Of a stretch of DNA of 64,000 nt, positions 12,354 through 24,207 are shown one piece after another. The stretch spans positions 131,504,001 to 131,568,000 of the forward strand of contig CM059432.1 of the NCBI GenBank assembly GCA_030390025.1, given 5' to 3'. Under the pieces are notes generated by a model. The model did not search any database. It saw only the letters and a program-made list of their open reading frames with translations, and was not told the DNA's origin. Position numbers and translations under genes: made by a program. Positions within the stretch are counted from its first letter, which is position 1; each line of letters begins with the position of its first letter. The DNA is from Squalus acanthias. Taxonomy: Eukaryota.

Positions 12354-14130
12354 AATGTTTCAGGTTGTGGACCTTTCATCAGAACTGGAAGTGGTTAGAG
12401 ATGTAACAGTTTTTAAGCAAGTACAGAGGCAGGGAAAGAAGGGGGGGGGGGCGGTAGGAGGAGGAGAGGAGGACAGAACAAAAGGAAAAGTCTGTGATAG
12501 AGTGGTTACCTGATCAAACACGAGAAGGGAAACAGAAAGTAATGAAGGTGAACAAGGTAAAAGAGACAAGCGGAAATCCCCTCAGAGAGAAGAGCAGAAC
12601 TTCTTCAAGGTGGGCATTCCGGGAAGAGAAGTGGCAGTGAATTAAACACTAAAACAAAAGCAAAATATTGCGGATGCTGGAAATCTGAAATAGAAACAGA
12701 AAATGCTGGAAACACTCAGCAGGTCAGGCAGCATCTGTGGAGAGAGAAACAGAGTTAACGTTTCAGGTGATAGCCACATCTGCCTGCTGGCTGCAAGGGT
12801 TCCTATATGAGAAGAGATTGGATAACTGGAACCTTAATGTTCATAGTAAAGAACTGTCCACTATTTTGTGCAAACGAACACAAAATGAGTAATCTCCCTC
12901 CAAAGAGGACATGAGGGTTGCTGATGTCAGGACTGGAAATATTGATACTGGTGCAGCAGGGGGTGCTCTGTTACAGTTTGGTCTTTTTCCCATGGCTCTG
13001 TGCTCACACTTGAAAGCCAAACACCAATGTGTGCTGTGCCTGGGTCAAACAATTAACTATTAATCAATCGTATTACATTGCTCATTGGATCTTTGGGGGC
13101 TTTTCAGGTCATGACCCCAGCCTGGAAAGTCCAGTGGGCTGCAAGTCTGCCACTCCAGGACACTTGGATCAAAGGTGCAGAGGCAATGGGAACTTCAGCA
13201 GGTGACACCAGCCCACCGTCCCCACCTCATTGTACACATTAGGAAGTTCTTCTCACAGAAGGAGATCTCCATACTTGCAATGGACTTCTGGGTAGGATAG
13301 TGGAGGCAAAAACCCTGGAATCATTTAAGGGACAGTCGGGTGCAATGATGGGACAACTACAGTATCTTTTTGTATGCATGAGCTAAAATGGATTGAATGG
13401 CTTTCCTCATCTGTAACTATCTTGTAACCTTATGAGAATCCAACTTTACCTCCAAGGTTGCTGCTGTAATAACTGACTGATTGTCTGACATCAATTCGAG
13501 GGATGAGGTGAAATTTCCTTCAGCTACACACTGGCAAAAGCAAAGCTATCCCTTTTGGTTCCCGGCTATACCAGTTTGCCGTTGGCTTCAGCTTCAATTT
13601 CCCTGGGGCCTGCTTAGGCTGAAGCAGGTGTGTGCAACCTCACCATTTGGCTCCATTCTGAGCTGACCTTCCTAATCCAGACGTGGTCATTCTCCAAGAG
13701 TGCACTTTTCCACCTCCAGAATCTTGACTGGTTGCACTCCTACCTATCTCCCTCTACCCAGAATAGATTTCTCCAGTGCTCGCCTTGCCCAGTTCTCCAG
13801 CTCCTTCTTTCACGTGCTCCAGTTAATCCAGAACTCCAGTCCTCTCTTGCGTAAAATCCAGCACACCAATTACCTTTTCCTTGCCAAGCTAGCTTCCTTT
13901 ACCCAGTACACTAACTGGAAGCCCCTTGTCCTTATTTTCAATTCCTGCCACTGACTTTCCCCACCCTATCTGAACAATCTCTATTGGCTGCCTGCCCCAA
14001 CATGTACCTTCTGCTCCTTTGACATTGGATTACGGTTGATTTCAGTCACTATATTCCTGCTCTCTGCAACTCTGCTCTAAATCCACTTTTATTTGCTACT
14101 TTTCTTTGTCCCTTCAAATCCTCTTAAGAT

Positions 14131-14568
14131 CTTTCTGTCCACCCACACACATAACATTTCCTGTCTGCTGCTAGGTGTCCTCACCCTTTTGTAATGCATT
14201 CTGAGACATTCTTCTACAGTAGAGAAGCTGTAAAAATTCAAATTTTTATTTGCATGTGAGCTTTGACTGTGAGTGTCACTGGCTATACGACTGTGGGGAC
14301 ATCATAGCCAAGCTGATCCTGTCCTTACCCAACATTCACACATGCACACTTCCAGCAGAGGTCTCTGGATATCAATCAGGCATGGGACGCTGTAATAATT
14401 TCCCATTCTTAACCCAGATCTCACGTCTTTTTGTCCACCCACACGCATTAACATTTCCTGTCCGCTGCTAGGTGTCCTCTCCCTTTTGTAACGCATTCTG
14501 AGACATTCTTCTACAGTAGAAATGCTGTAAAAATGCTAATTTTTATTCACGTGTGAGCTTTGACTGTG
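14131..14568 (+). repeat. Diverged direct repeat of about 140 bp (14131-14271 and 14427-14568)
   Basis: Shared tgtccacccacac...ctgctaggtgtcctc...gcattctgagacattcttctacagtaga...tgtgagctttgactgtg. Confidence 0.85.
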
Positions 14569-16002
14569 GGACCAATTGTATTGGCCCTCCTGTTGCCCTG
14601 GCTAAGATGTACACATTCCACACAAACTAACAACTTCCTGGTTTGCTTGACTGAGATTTTCACTCGATTAACTCAATGAGCCATCAGGGGAGCAAATAGT
14701 AGGCTTACATTATTGCTTATGCTACATCTAGTCATATCAATGTTATTCTATTTTGTAGTACTGTTACTGTCTTTTCTTTATGTTGGTACCCAAAAGCTGT
14801 TTTAAAAAGCACGTCAGACCTTAGTTTTATGCAATAAGTAATAATTTGGCATGTTATCATCAGATTACTTTATAAAGACATTGAAAAAGTGTGGAAAGAA
14901 GTAACTAAATTGGGGTGCAAAAATATAGTGGTTATGGCAGCAGATTAGTAATCCCAAATGTAGTAAGTTATAACATTGAATTTACCGGTAAATTCTGGGC
15001 TAGCAGCAGAAAAAATTACCAAGAGGTTACTGTATTGTAAAAACCCAACGAATTCACTAATGTTCTTCATGGAAGGGAACCCCTACCTGGTCTGGCCTCC
15101 ACATGCTTCTAATCCACACTGCATTGTTACTGCTTCGGTTGTCTGTGGGTTTTGTTTCTTACAACGTGGGTATCTATTTCATCTACCTCATGTATTAGCT
15201 TTTCAGGAATGGTATATTTCAATCACCTCTTTGTTAGGAAAGAGATAATCAGACGGCCCAGATCTACTAATGTTGTACTACTATTGATTTATGTTTATAT
15301 TGTATTAATATTAATCTTTAGACTTTGTCTGTTAAGCTTAAATAGTATAAATCGATTTTAAAGCAGTGACCACTGAACTGTTGAACTAAGACTAGCCCTA
15401 CAGCAATGGCCAGTTTAATCGCCAGTAAACTTCATTAAAGACATGCCATTGCATACTGAATCGTAAGTTTCAGAAAACTTTAATCATTTGATAACAAGTG
15501 TAGGAAAACAGTTAGTTCTGCAAAGGAAAATATCTGAGCATACATCATCCCTTTTAATTGGTACCAATCATACAGAAACAAAGACAGACTTATGATTAAA
15601 GGTTTCACTTGGTAAATAGCAATTATATGTAACAAGAGTCAAATTATCAATAAGATAATGAAGTAAGGCAGTAGTAACAATCTCATTAGCCCAATGGAAA
15701 AAGAGTTCATTAAGTAAGGGAAAATATAGCTATTGATAAGGGATAAGTCACTTAAATTCTCCTTATATAGAGTTGTATTTTAACTATTGTATAATCATGT
15801 AATGGAGGAATATGTCGATTGTCACGTAGAGCGGGTGCGAGAAATGTATAAAAAGTGGCAGCTTGTAATGAGTATTTGGATTCATAAAGGCCTAAGATAC
15901 TGAGCTCAGAACTACAGTATAATACATTTGAATCTCCAACCAAACCATCATCAGGTGTGGTTGTAAGTATAACCTTTTAAGTGTATGCTTCAATACAGCC
16001 CA

Positions 16003-16390
16003 GGGTATGGTAGCATAGTGGTTATGTTACTGGACTAGTAATCCAGTAGGCCTGGACTAATGATCCAAAGACATGTGTTCAAATCTCACCATGACAGCTG
16101 GGGAATTTAAATTCAGTTAATGAAATAAATCTGGAATTTAAAAAAAACTAGTATCAGTAATGGTGAAATTACCAGATTGTCAGGAAAACCCATTTGGTTC
16201 ACTAATGTCCTTTAGGGAAGGAAATCTAGCCTATATGTGACTCCAGACCCACAGCATATGTGGTTGGCTCTTAACTGCCCTCTGTAGTTCAAGAAGGTGG
16301 CTTACCACCACCTTCTCAAGGACAATTAGGGTGGGCAATAAATGCTGGCTTTGCCAGTGATGCCCACATCCCATGAACAAATAAAAAAAA
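16003..16390 (+). mobile_element. tRNA-derived SINE with LINE-derived 3' tail
   Basis: A-box-like ggtagcatagtgg, B-box-like gttcaaatc, tail gggcaataaatgctggc...cccacatcccatgaacaaataaaaaaa; degraded sister copy near 14925-15120. Confidence 0.75.
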
Positions 16391-17045
16391 GTACTATTGC
16401 ACGTACTGTATGTTTAATAACCCTATGAGACTTGACTTCAATGTTCAAAAACCTTGTGCTAATATCTTCCTGCACATTTAACTGAATTGCAAATAAAAGG
16501 CAGCTACAGTCGTGCATGAAATGTTATCATTGGTCCTTCCTTTCAGATCCCCTTTATATTTATATTCATAATAGCATCATTGAAACTAGATTTATTTGTC
16601 TCCATGTATTAGCCTATTTTCTGTCCAAGTAGTGTGTGAGATTTTTTGCGACCTCTTGTTGATCACACTTGTGTTGCCACACTACTTCTGTCATTAAATT
16701 TGATTGTGTTGTGACTGTTACTTCTCAGACTAAATCAGATGTGTCTGTTGTGCACTTGGGTGGCATTGTCAGCTAGTTTTACAAGGTACTGAATCCTGTA
16801 ATAAGAGATATGTATGGGATTTAATATTAGGTGTGTGCATCTCTTGAGTGTTTATGATGTGGCTGCAAAAATCCTTCACAGGTGTCGACATGTTCCAACA
16901 ATATAACCTACTTGCCTTTGATTTTTTTTCTGACAGGAAGAAGCAGTATCTATGCACTAGTAAATGCCCTATTCGAATATCTCAACAAATCTTTTATGCC
17001 TATCTAAATATTTTAAACAATATTTGGGCTTGATGTAGAATTTAT

Positions 17046-18850
17046 GGGGGGAATTTTTCAGGGGGTCAGTGGGCGCATTTGGTGGCGGGTTGGCTGGGAA
17101 AAAATTTTTTTGACAGCGGGTAGGAAACCCGCTGTCAACCCACCACCATGCTAGTTTCCCAGATGTCAGTGCTGAACAGACCCGACACCAAGCAGCGGGG
17201 GAGGCAATTTAGGTGACTCAGAGCTTATTAACAGCCTGTTAAAGAGAAATTTGAGCTCATCTTAACATTTTACGAGGTCGCCCACAGGTTCCACGCTGCT
17301 CGGGGATCACGTCAGGTAAGGAGGTCGGGAGTTATGTCACCATGAAATGATCTCTTTACTTGACAGCTGCAAATGTGATATAAAAGCTCTCATCTTACAG
17401 CTGTTCACTTTCCAAACTCAGAAGCTGTTACTTACTTCATTTGGAAGACAGATTGAGCTTTATGCAGATTGCAAGTGTTTGGAGTAAACTCTGTATCCAG
17501 TGTCACTTCATTGGAACAGCCTCTCTCACCATTGACAGATCACTTCTGTCATCTCAACTTCACCTGCCATCTATTACATCCTCACTGTACCTGACGAAGG
17601 AGCAGAGCTCCGAAAGCTCGTAATTTCAAATAAAACTGTTGGACTATAACCTGGTGTTGTGCGACTTCTCATTTTTATCTATTACATCAGCATTGGTGCC
17701 CTTGAAACTATCTCACCTTGGTCCTCAGAATCCCACCATGATCAGCCCCAACACCAGCAGCACCAGGCACACCAGCAGCACCAACAACAACACCAACCTT
17801 CTCCGCAATCAACTGATGCTGCACAGGACACAGGGCATCAGCACCCAACCACATTGCTGCCCGGGAGACCAGGGGTGGCCCCACCATAGCCAGATATACT
17901 TCAATTGACGCTGTACACCCTGGCTACCACATGACGCACCAGATTGGCACCGCCCCACACCAACACCATAAAGCATCCCTACAATGCCCAAGCCATTCCT
18001 TTCACACTCATCACCATTGCGGGGTGTACCATTATGTCTCACCATTCACTGCAACTCACTAAGCCACTTCCAAAGGTGCACACAAATCTGTCCAAGAAGT
18101 CAAAGTGTTGAAAATAAAGGTTTCAATGTTTGACAGCACATTAACAGAAACTTCACATGAACATTGGCTAAAACACCCAATTGCCTACCCTTGTGTGTTG
18201 TTAGTTGGTAAGATTGGACTAGGATGAGGGTGAGTGTGAGGGGTGGCTAGTGAGATGGGGAAGTGATAATGTAGATACAGAGGGATGGGTGGAGGTGCAA
18301 GGTAAGTTGGTGTGAGTAAGGATGTGCAGGAGTAGGGTAGGGAAGGCAGAGTAATGGAGATGTGTTGAGTGTGGCTTTGCAGTAACATTTCGTGATCTAC
18401 TGAGATAATTGAAAGGTTTGCGCCACTGCAGCCTGGTCCTCCTGACGACATCCCTGCTTCTGGCCTCCTATGCAATGTGCAACCAGGCTGCGTTGGTCTC
18501 TTGGGGTGGTCTCTTCCGCCCATTGGAAGGGAAGAGAACCTCCCTGCGTGCTGTGACTCCCTCCATAAGCATATAGGAATAACCTCTGTGCAGTGCTTGT
18601 CAGTGTTTGCAGCACCTCAATGGTGTAGAACACTGACAGCACAACTGTCAAAATAAATTTGCGCATAATCCCTTTAAGGAAACCGGCTGATGATGCGTCA
18701 TCAAATTACGTCATCAGACCCGCTTCCTTCAATTGGCCGGCAAATGCGCTGGGTGGGCTTAACAAGCTCAGTCAATGTAAAATCACTTTGGACAGTGGGT
18801 TGGAGACAACAGCGAGGTCGGGACCCGCCGAAGTAGGGGAAAACGCGGCC
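17046..18850. mobile_element. Internally deleted Harbinger-like element
   Basis: GC-rich termini (ggggggaattttt... / ...gaaaacgcggcc) resembling other Harbinger ends here; Q/H-rich remnant on + and Myb-partner-like remnant on -. Boundaries uncertain. Confidence 0.45.
17588..17622 (+). ncRNA. Minimal type I hammerhead ribozyme motif in a Penelope-like terminal fragment (about 17585-17670)
   Basis: TAC-CTGACGA-A-GGAGC-AGA-GCTCC-GAAA-GCT-C-GTA: intact core, 5-bp stem II, palindromic AGCT stem III, 3-bp stem I. Confidence 0.7.
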
Positions 18851-19268
18851 TATGACTTCATTCAATGTCTGATAAGAAATTTAATGACAAATATTGTGTG
18901 TTATTGTGACCATTTCTCATTGCACAGTTGGGACTTGATCATTCTATTGAGTAGGACTAATGATTGAACATGATGGCCTAGAAATTGGATATCGCCCGAA
19001 AACGGGCTGTGTCATGGGCCAGCACTATTTGGCTGCACACGTCCAAAGTGGTGCAGGCAGCGTGCAAAATTCGTGCTGCCTGCTTATTTACATGATTGGA
19101 GTGCTGATCTCAGCGCTAAATGCGCTGCTGATTGGCTTAGCATTCAATGGTAGGGACAATATCGGGTGCAGTCTAAAGGCAAGTAATGTTTGGCCTAGTC
19201 TCTCTCCACTACTTAAAGGGGAGGTGCTTTGATGCAGCAGCACCCCATTGTCATTGCTGTTTGAAGAC

Positions 19269-20637
19269 ATGGCTCAGCAACAACAGCAGCAACACAGAGA
19301 AAGAGCCAGAAAGTTCTCAGATGCGGCTCTTAAGGCATTGATTGTGGCAGTGGAGAGAAGGCGGGGTGTCCTGTTCCTGCAGGGTGACAGAAAGCCATCA
19401 AAGCCCACTTGCAGAAGGCTCTAGCAAGAGATAGCTGCCTACGCCAAGGCCAACAGCATCGTGCCGAGGAACTGGATCCAGTGCCAAAAGAAGTTTAATG
19501 ACCTCACATGGCAGGTCAAGGTGAGTGAAGGCTTCAAGCAAATGCCATATCCCACCATCTGCACCACTAGCCTCACACACTGCTCAATGCACCACACCCC
19601 CATCACTCACCTTCCAACAATCTCCACCAAACACGACTCATACCTCACATTCATAGCTTCACCTCACCCACTAACCACTGGTCCAAGCCTCACATTCACA
19701 TTTCACAGCTTGAACACACTCTCAGCTATGCAACCATGAGAGGCACATCACCCAAATGCATTACACCACACTCACTGACAAACTTTCCTTTCTCTTGCAG
19801 GAAAAGCTGGCAGATAACAGGCGCCAGCAGACCTTAGCCAGCGGGGGACAGGCTCGCCTGCATGACCTCACCTCCTTGGAGGAGACGGTGCTAGCCATTC
19901 TTGGCAGGGGCATGGCTGAGCCCATGGCCAGCAGCGGGGCCGAGAGAATAGAAGATGCCGATATCCTCATACGCTATCCTCCTTCTCACATCCCACTTTC
20001 CCCTCATCCCACAATCTCTTCTGATTTACAATCTGCACATGGTGTAAGCATGCACCTCCTGCTTTCCCACCCCTCCCCTCACCACAAACCCTACATGCAA
20101 TAAAAGCTCAGACTGAAGTCACGCAAGCTCAGCTTGTTGCCATTCAAGCTCAGCTTGCTGCCACGTAAGCCTGCTGCCACCATGGCTGGGTTTACCAGTG
20201 TTGAAAGGGGCTTGCAGATTGTCACAGCAGTCCAACAGTCTACACGCCATCAGATTACTAGGATTGCTGAGGCGCTGCCCCAGAGGAGCAGCAATGGATC
20301 CGTGGAGGCCGAGCATGCTGTCCTCTCTCAGGATGACAGCATTCATCCTCCCACCACTGCCACTCCGCCAGTGCCCTTGCTGTTGCCTGTCAGGCAGCCA
20401 GCCCAGACTGCTGCCGCCCATGCCGAGGTGGTGCAGTCTGAAGCCGGGCTTACTAGGCCCAGAGCTCCTCGAGGTTGTCTTGCAAGGCCATCTACAGTCT
20501 CCCCCACTGAAAGTCAGCAGTCTTCCACCAGCCATGCTGCAGCCACTGGGGTAACACTGTGTAGGAGCACTAGGGTAGGAAAAGGCACATGCAAGACAGT
20601 CACTAAGGGATTTTTTGATGTAATATTGGATGGATAG
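19269..20637 (+). pseudogene. Harbinger Myb/SANT-like DNA-binding gene, spliced and disrupted
   Basis: MAQ...ARKFSDAALKALIVAVERRRGVLF...WIQCQKKFNDL; donor AAG|GTGAGT at 19520; acceptor ttgcag| at 19800 followed by EKLADNRR...LTSLEE; frameshifts and stops. Confidence 0.75.
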
Positions 20638-20759
20638 ATTGGAATGTTTGCTTTGTGGTGGCTTTTATTTCAGCATTGTGGCCAAGAGGACGCTGTGATG
20701 GTCAGTAACAGGGGGAAGGTAAGGAGTGGGGCTAATGTTGAATGGGGAATTGGGGTTGC

Positions 20760-21875
20760 GTTCACTCGTACCGCAGGACGATGATTCGATCCCGGATATC
20801 CTGGCCAGAAAGGGGTTGCCTCCTTCCTTCCGCTTCCTCCTCTTCCTCTTCCGTTTCATCCTTTTCCCCTTCCTCCTCTTCCTCCTCCTCCTCCTGAGAT
20901 GGTAGCCATATCCCTGGTAGCAAGGGCTATGCCCTCATGATGGCCAGGTTGTGGAGGATACAGCAGACCTCCACGACTCAAGACACACGCTCTGGTGAGT
21001 ACTGTCGGGCTCCTCCAGAGCAGTGCAGGCAGTGGAACCGACGCTTCAGCACCCCAATGGTCTGCTCTATGATGTTTCGTGTGGCAGCATGGCTCTCGTT
21101 GTACACATGCTGACCACATGTGGTTGGGTTACGGAGCGGAGTCATGAGCCAGGTGGTCAAGGGATAGATCTTGTCACCCAGTAGCCACCCTCTGGTTTGT
21201 CTTGGTGGCTCAAAGACTGAGGGAACAGCGGACTGGTGCAGAGTAAAACCATCATGACTGCTGCTAGGATACTGGGCATTCACCATCATGATGTGCTGGG
21301 CATGGTCGCACACCAACTGCACATTCAGCAAGTGGTAATCTTTGCAGTTATGGTACATCTCAGCCACGTGCGTGCTGAGATGTACCATAACTGCAAAGAT
21401 TACCACTTGCTGAATGTGCAGTTGGTGTGCGACCATGCCCTGCACCATGGAGAAGTCCGCTATCTTGGCAAAGCCACTTGCACACTCCGTCTGCTTCTCT
21501 CTGGTCAGAGAGAAGACAATGAAGTCCCCTCTCCTGGCATAAAGAGCGTCTGTTACCTCTCTTATGCAGCAGCGGACGGCGAACTGTGAGATGTTACAGA
21601 TGTCGCTTGCTCCAGTCTGGAATGATCCCGACACGAAGAAACTCAGGGCCATGGTCACCTTCACAGCCCCTGGCAGCGCTGTCCTTGCCCTGGAGTGAGG
21701 CTGCAGGTCTGGTTAAGAGATTTGGTCTCGCTGGGTAGGTGAGTAAGGCCTCCTGCTGATAGACTTCTCCCCCTCCTCCTCCTCCCTCTGCGAGCAGCTT
21801 GTCCTCTTCTTTGCTGCTCTGCTCCCTCTGCCTGTTGCATTGCAGGCCAAGGGGAATGACAACTACAGCCCCCAT
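20760..21875 (-). pseudogene. Harbinger HARBI1-like DDE transposase, disrupted
   Basis: ORF 20978-21664: VTMALSFFVSGSFQ, NVQLVCD, SSHD, WLLGD.IYP...WLMTP, HAATRNIIEQTIGVLKRRF; acidic C-terminal tail. Confidence 0.88.
21298..21440. repeat. Perfect inverted repeat, 67-bp arms, 9-nt spacer
   Basis: 21298-21364 is the exact reverse complement of 21374-21440; both strands translate to the same peptides. Confidence 0.95.
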
Positions 21876-22109
21876 GACTGGGAGCAAGTGGTCTGACCAG
21901 AATCCTTGAAATTAGAAGCAAAGCCTTCTCCACTTGCAGCACCATTCCCTGTCACCTCACCAACTTTAAATAACACTGGAAAGCTCCAAACAGTTCCTCA
22001 AACTTACACAGAGCCAGTAGAAATCAAAAAGCAACTTACCTGAAAGTTGTTGATGATCCCTTTAAGTAGCACTGGTGCGGGAGTCCTTCCTGCTGCTGAA
22101 CACAGGTCA

Positions 22110-22866
22110 TTTATTACTTGGAGGGTACGAGTTTAGGTGGGGTAGAGGAACAAAGGGATCTCGGAGTACAAATACATAAATCACTAAAAGTTGTGACACA
22201 GGTTATCAAGGCCATAAAAAAATCAAACCAAGAACTCGGGTTTATTTCTACAGGTATAGAATTGAAAAGGAGGGAAGTTATGCTAAACCTGTATTGAACC
22301 TTGGTTAGACCACACTTAGAGTACTGCGTACAGTTCTGGTCGCCATATTATAAAAAGGATATAGAGGCACTGGAGAGGGTGCAAAGAAGATTTACAAGGA
22401 TGATACCAAATATGCGAGGGTATACATATCAGGAAAGGATGAACAGGCTGGGTCTCTTTTCTCTTGAAAACAGAAGGCTGAGGGGTGACTTAATAGAGGT
22501 CTTTAAAACTATGAAAGGTTTTGATAGAGTGGATAGAGAGAGAATGTTTCCACTTGTGGGGAAGAGCATAACTAGAGGCCATCAATATAAGATAGTCACC
22601 AAGAAATCCAGTAGGGAATTCAGAAGAAACTTCTTTACCCAGAGAGTGGTGAGAATGTGGAACTCGCTACCACAGGGAGTGGTTGAAGCGAAAAGTATAG
22701 ATGCATTTAAGGGGAGGCTAGACAAGCATATGAGGGAGAAGGGAATAGAGGGTTATGCTGACAGAGTGAGAGGAGGAAAGAGGGAGGAAGCTCGAGTGGA
22801 GCATAAACACCAGCATGGACTGGTTGGGCCGAATGGCCTGTTTCTGTGCCGTATATCCTATGTAAT
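22110..22866 (+). mobile_element. CR1 LINE 3' fragment
   Basis: ORF 22301-22870: VRPHLEYCVQFWSP...FFTQRVVRMWNSLP. Confidence 0.9.
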
Positions 22867-23488
22867 CTGAGTGAGCAGCCAGGAAAGTTGTATAACAATC
22901 AATGTATAGTAGAGACAACATTACAACAGTGACTACACTTCAAAGGTACTTCATTGGCTGTAAAGTGCTTTGGGACATCCTGAGGTTGTGCTATATAAAT
23001 GCAAGAACTTTCTTTTTTCTTTAACATCAGAGACTAAAAGACTATGGAAAATGTGGAACAGTGACTAATGCAGTATTCACTTTACCACAACAAGGTGAAC
23101 ACACAATGAAGTTTCAGCTTAAATCACTGATGTTAAAAATTGGCACTGGCAGTTAGGGTGTAACTGCAGCCACTGAAACAACACCACAAGCGTACTTGTA
23201 CAGCTACATGTTTTAAGATATAATATAATAATACACATAACATAAAGAACTCAAGTTTAATTATATTTCATTTCATTGGCTAATGTTTATCTTTCAAATC
23301 CAATTGTGAAGTACTGTATATCTTTTCACTCAGAGACCATATACACTGGCCCGGAATTTGTGGTCCAGGTGACAGCGAACTGGCAGCGTTCACCGTCATT
23401 TCGCCTTTGAAACTGACTGCAACTTCGGGATTTGCTGCATGTGCAGGCGCATGCGGACATCCTGAAGTTGTGGTCTGTCATTCACTGC

Positions 23489-24088
23489 TGTCGAAGTTTC
23501 GACTTCCTAGTAAGACTCTTTAAACATAAGTATCGTCAAAGGAAGTTTATTATTTTACTTGCTGCAAGGAGAATGCAACCATAGTCAAAACTAGGCTATG
23601 ATGACACTCTGCAAATACAAAAACTGCTCGAAATTTATAGTTCAGAAAAAATACAAGCTTCCTATATCACATGACATGGTAATAAATCATTAATTGACAG
23701 CATAGTGCCTATAAAACAAGTTAAAAGTGTATTTGTGTATACTGTACATGAAAGGTCTTTCTAGAGGTCATAAAGATTTAAAACAGCAGGAATCCCTCCA
23801 AAGGGTTACGTGTGATTTCTCCCACCACACCATCTAGAATTCAAGGGAGAGAGTACTTCACACCATAGCCTTGTAAACTTCTTTGATCTACAATCCTAAA
23901 TTATTTATTGGGGGCAATTAAAACAGTCCACAAACTGAAATTCCTTCATTAGGTTGAAACTATAAACAATTGGCTAATCTTTCTAACAGACATTGTGTAG
24001 GCCATTTTAGATTTTATATTCTGTGTCTTAGGAAGCCATTTTGTGTCCAAGAAGCCATTTTGTATCCAACTAAAAATACACTTCCACA
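23489..24088 (-). repeat. ERV 3' LTR (600 bp)
   Basis: TG...CA ends; AATAAA on - at 23546-23551; TATAAA on - at 23634-23639; differs from the 5' LTR at 2 positions by eye. Confidence 0.97.
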
Positions 24089-24105
24089 TTCCCCCCTTTT
24101 TGTCC
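24089..24105 (-). promoter_or_regulatory. Polypurine tract
   Basis: - strand GGACAAAAAGGGGGGAA immediately before the LTR TG. Confidence 0.9.
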
Positions 24106-24207
24106 TTACTAGGACAATATCTAGCTGAAATTGACCCTTTCAGTCCCTTATCGTTCTTCTCGGTCCCCGAACCCACTGTGACCGGCATCATCTTGGCCAT
24201 CTAATCC

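Larger units (their letters stand above)
8481..12764. mobile_element. Penelope-like element remnant with tandem terminal repeats, hosting a MITE and a CR1
   Basis: Repeat aaatgctggaaatactcagcaggtcaggcagcatctgtggagagagaaacagagttaacgtttcagg occurs twice (about 8490 and 12700); candidate 9-bp TSD AGGTGATAG at 8472-8480 and 12765-12773; hammerhead core on the - strand. Confidence 0.6.
18975..22100. mobile_element. Autonomous-type Harbinger transposon remnant with convergent Myb/SANT-like (+) and transposase (-) genes
   Basis: Left TIR GGCCTAGAAATTGG; two convergent genes; right end lost where a CR1 begins near 22110. Confidence 0.85.

Noticed and set aside
17659..17889. Poly-Q/H protein
   Set aside because: Low-complexity CAG/CAC stretch inside a transposon remnant with no exon support.
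20760..21875. Host HARBI1 or MSANTD gene
   Set aside because: Frameshifts, lost catalytic Asp, adjacent TIR and convergent Myb partner indicate a decayed transposon.
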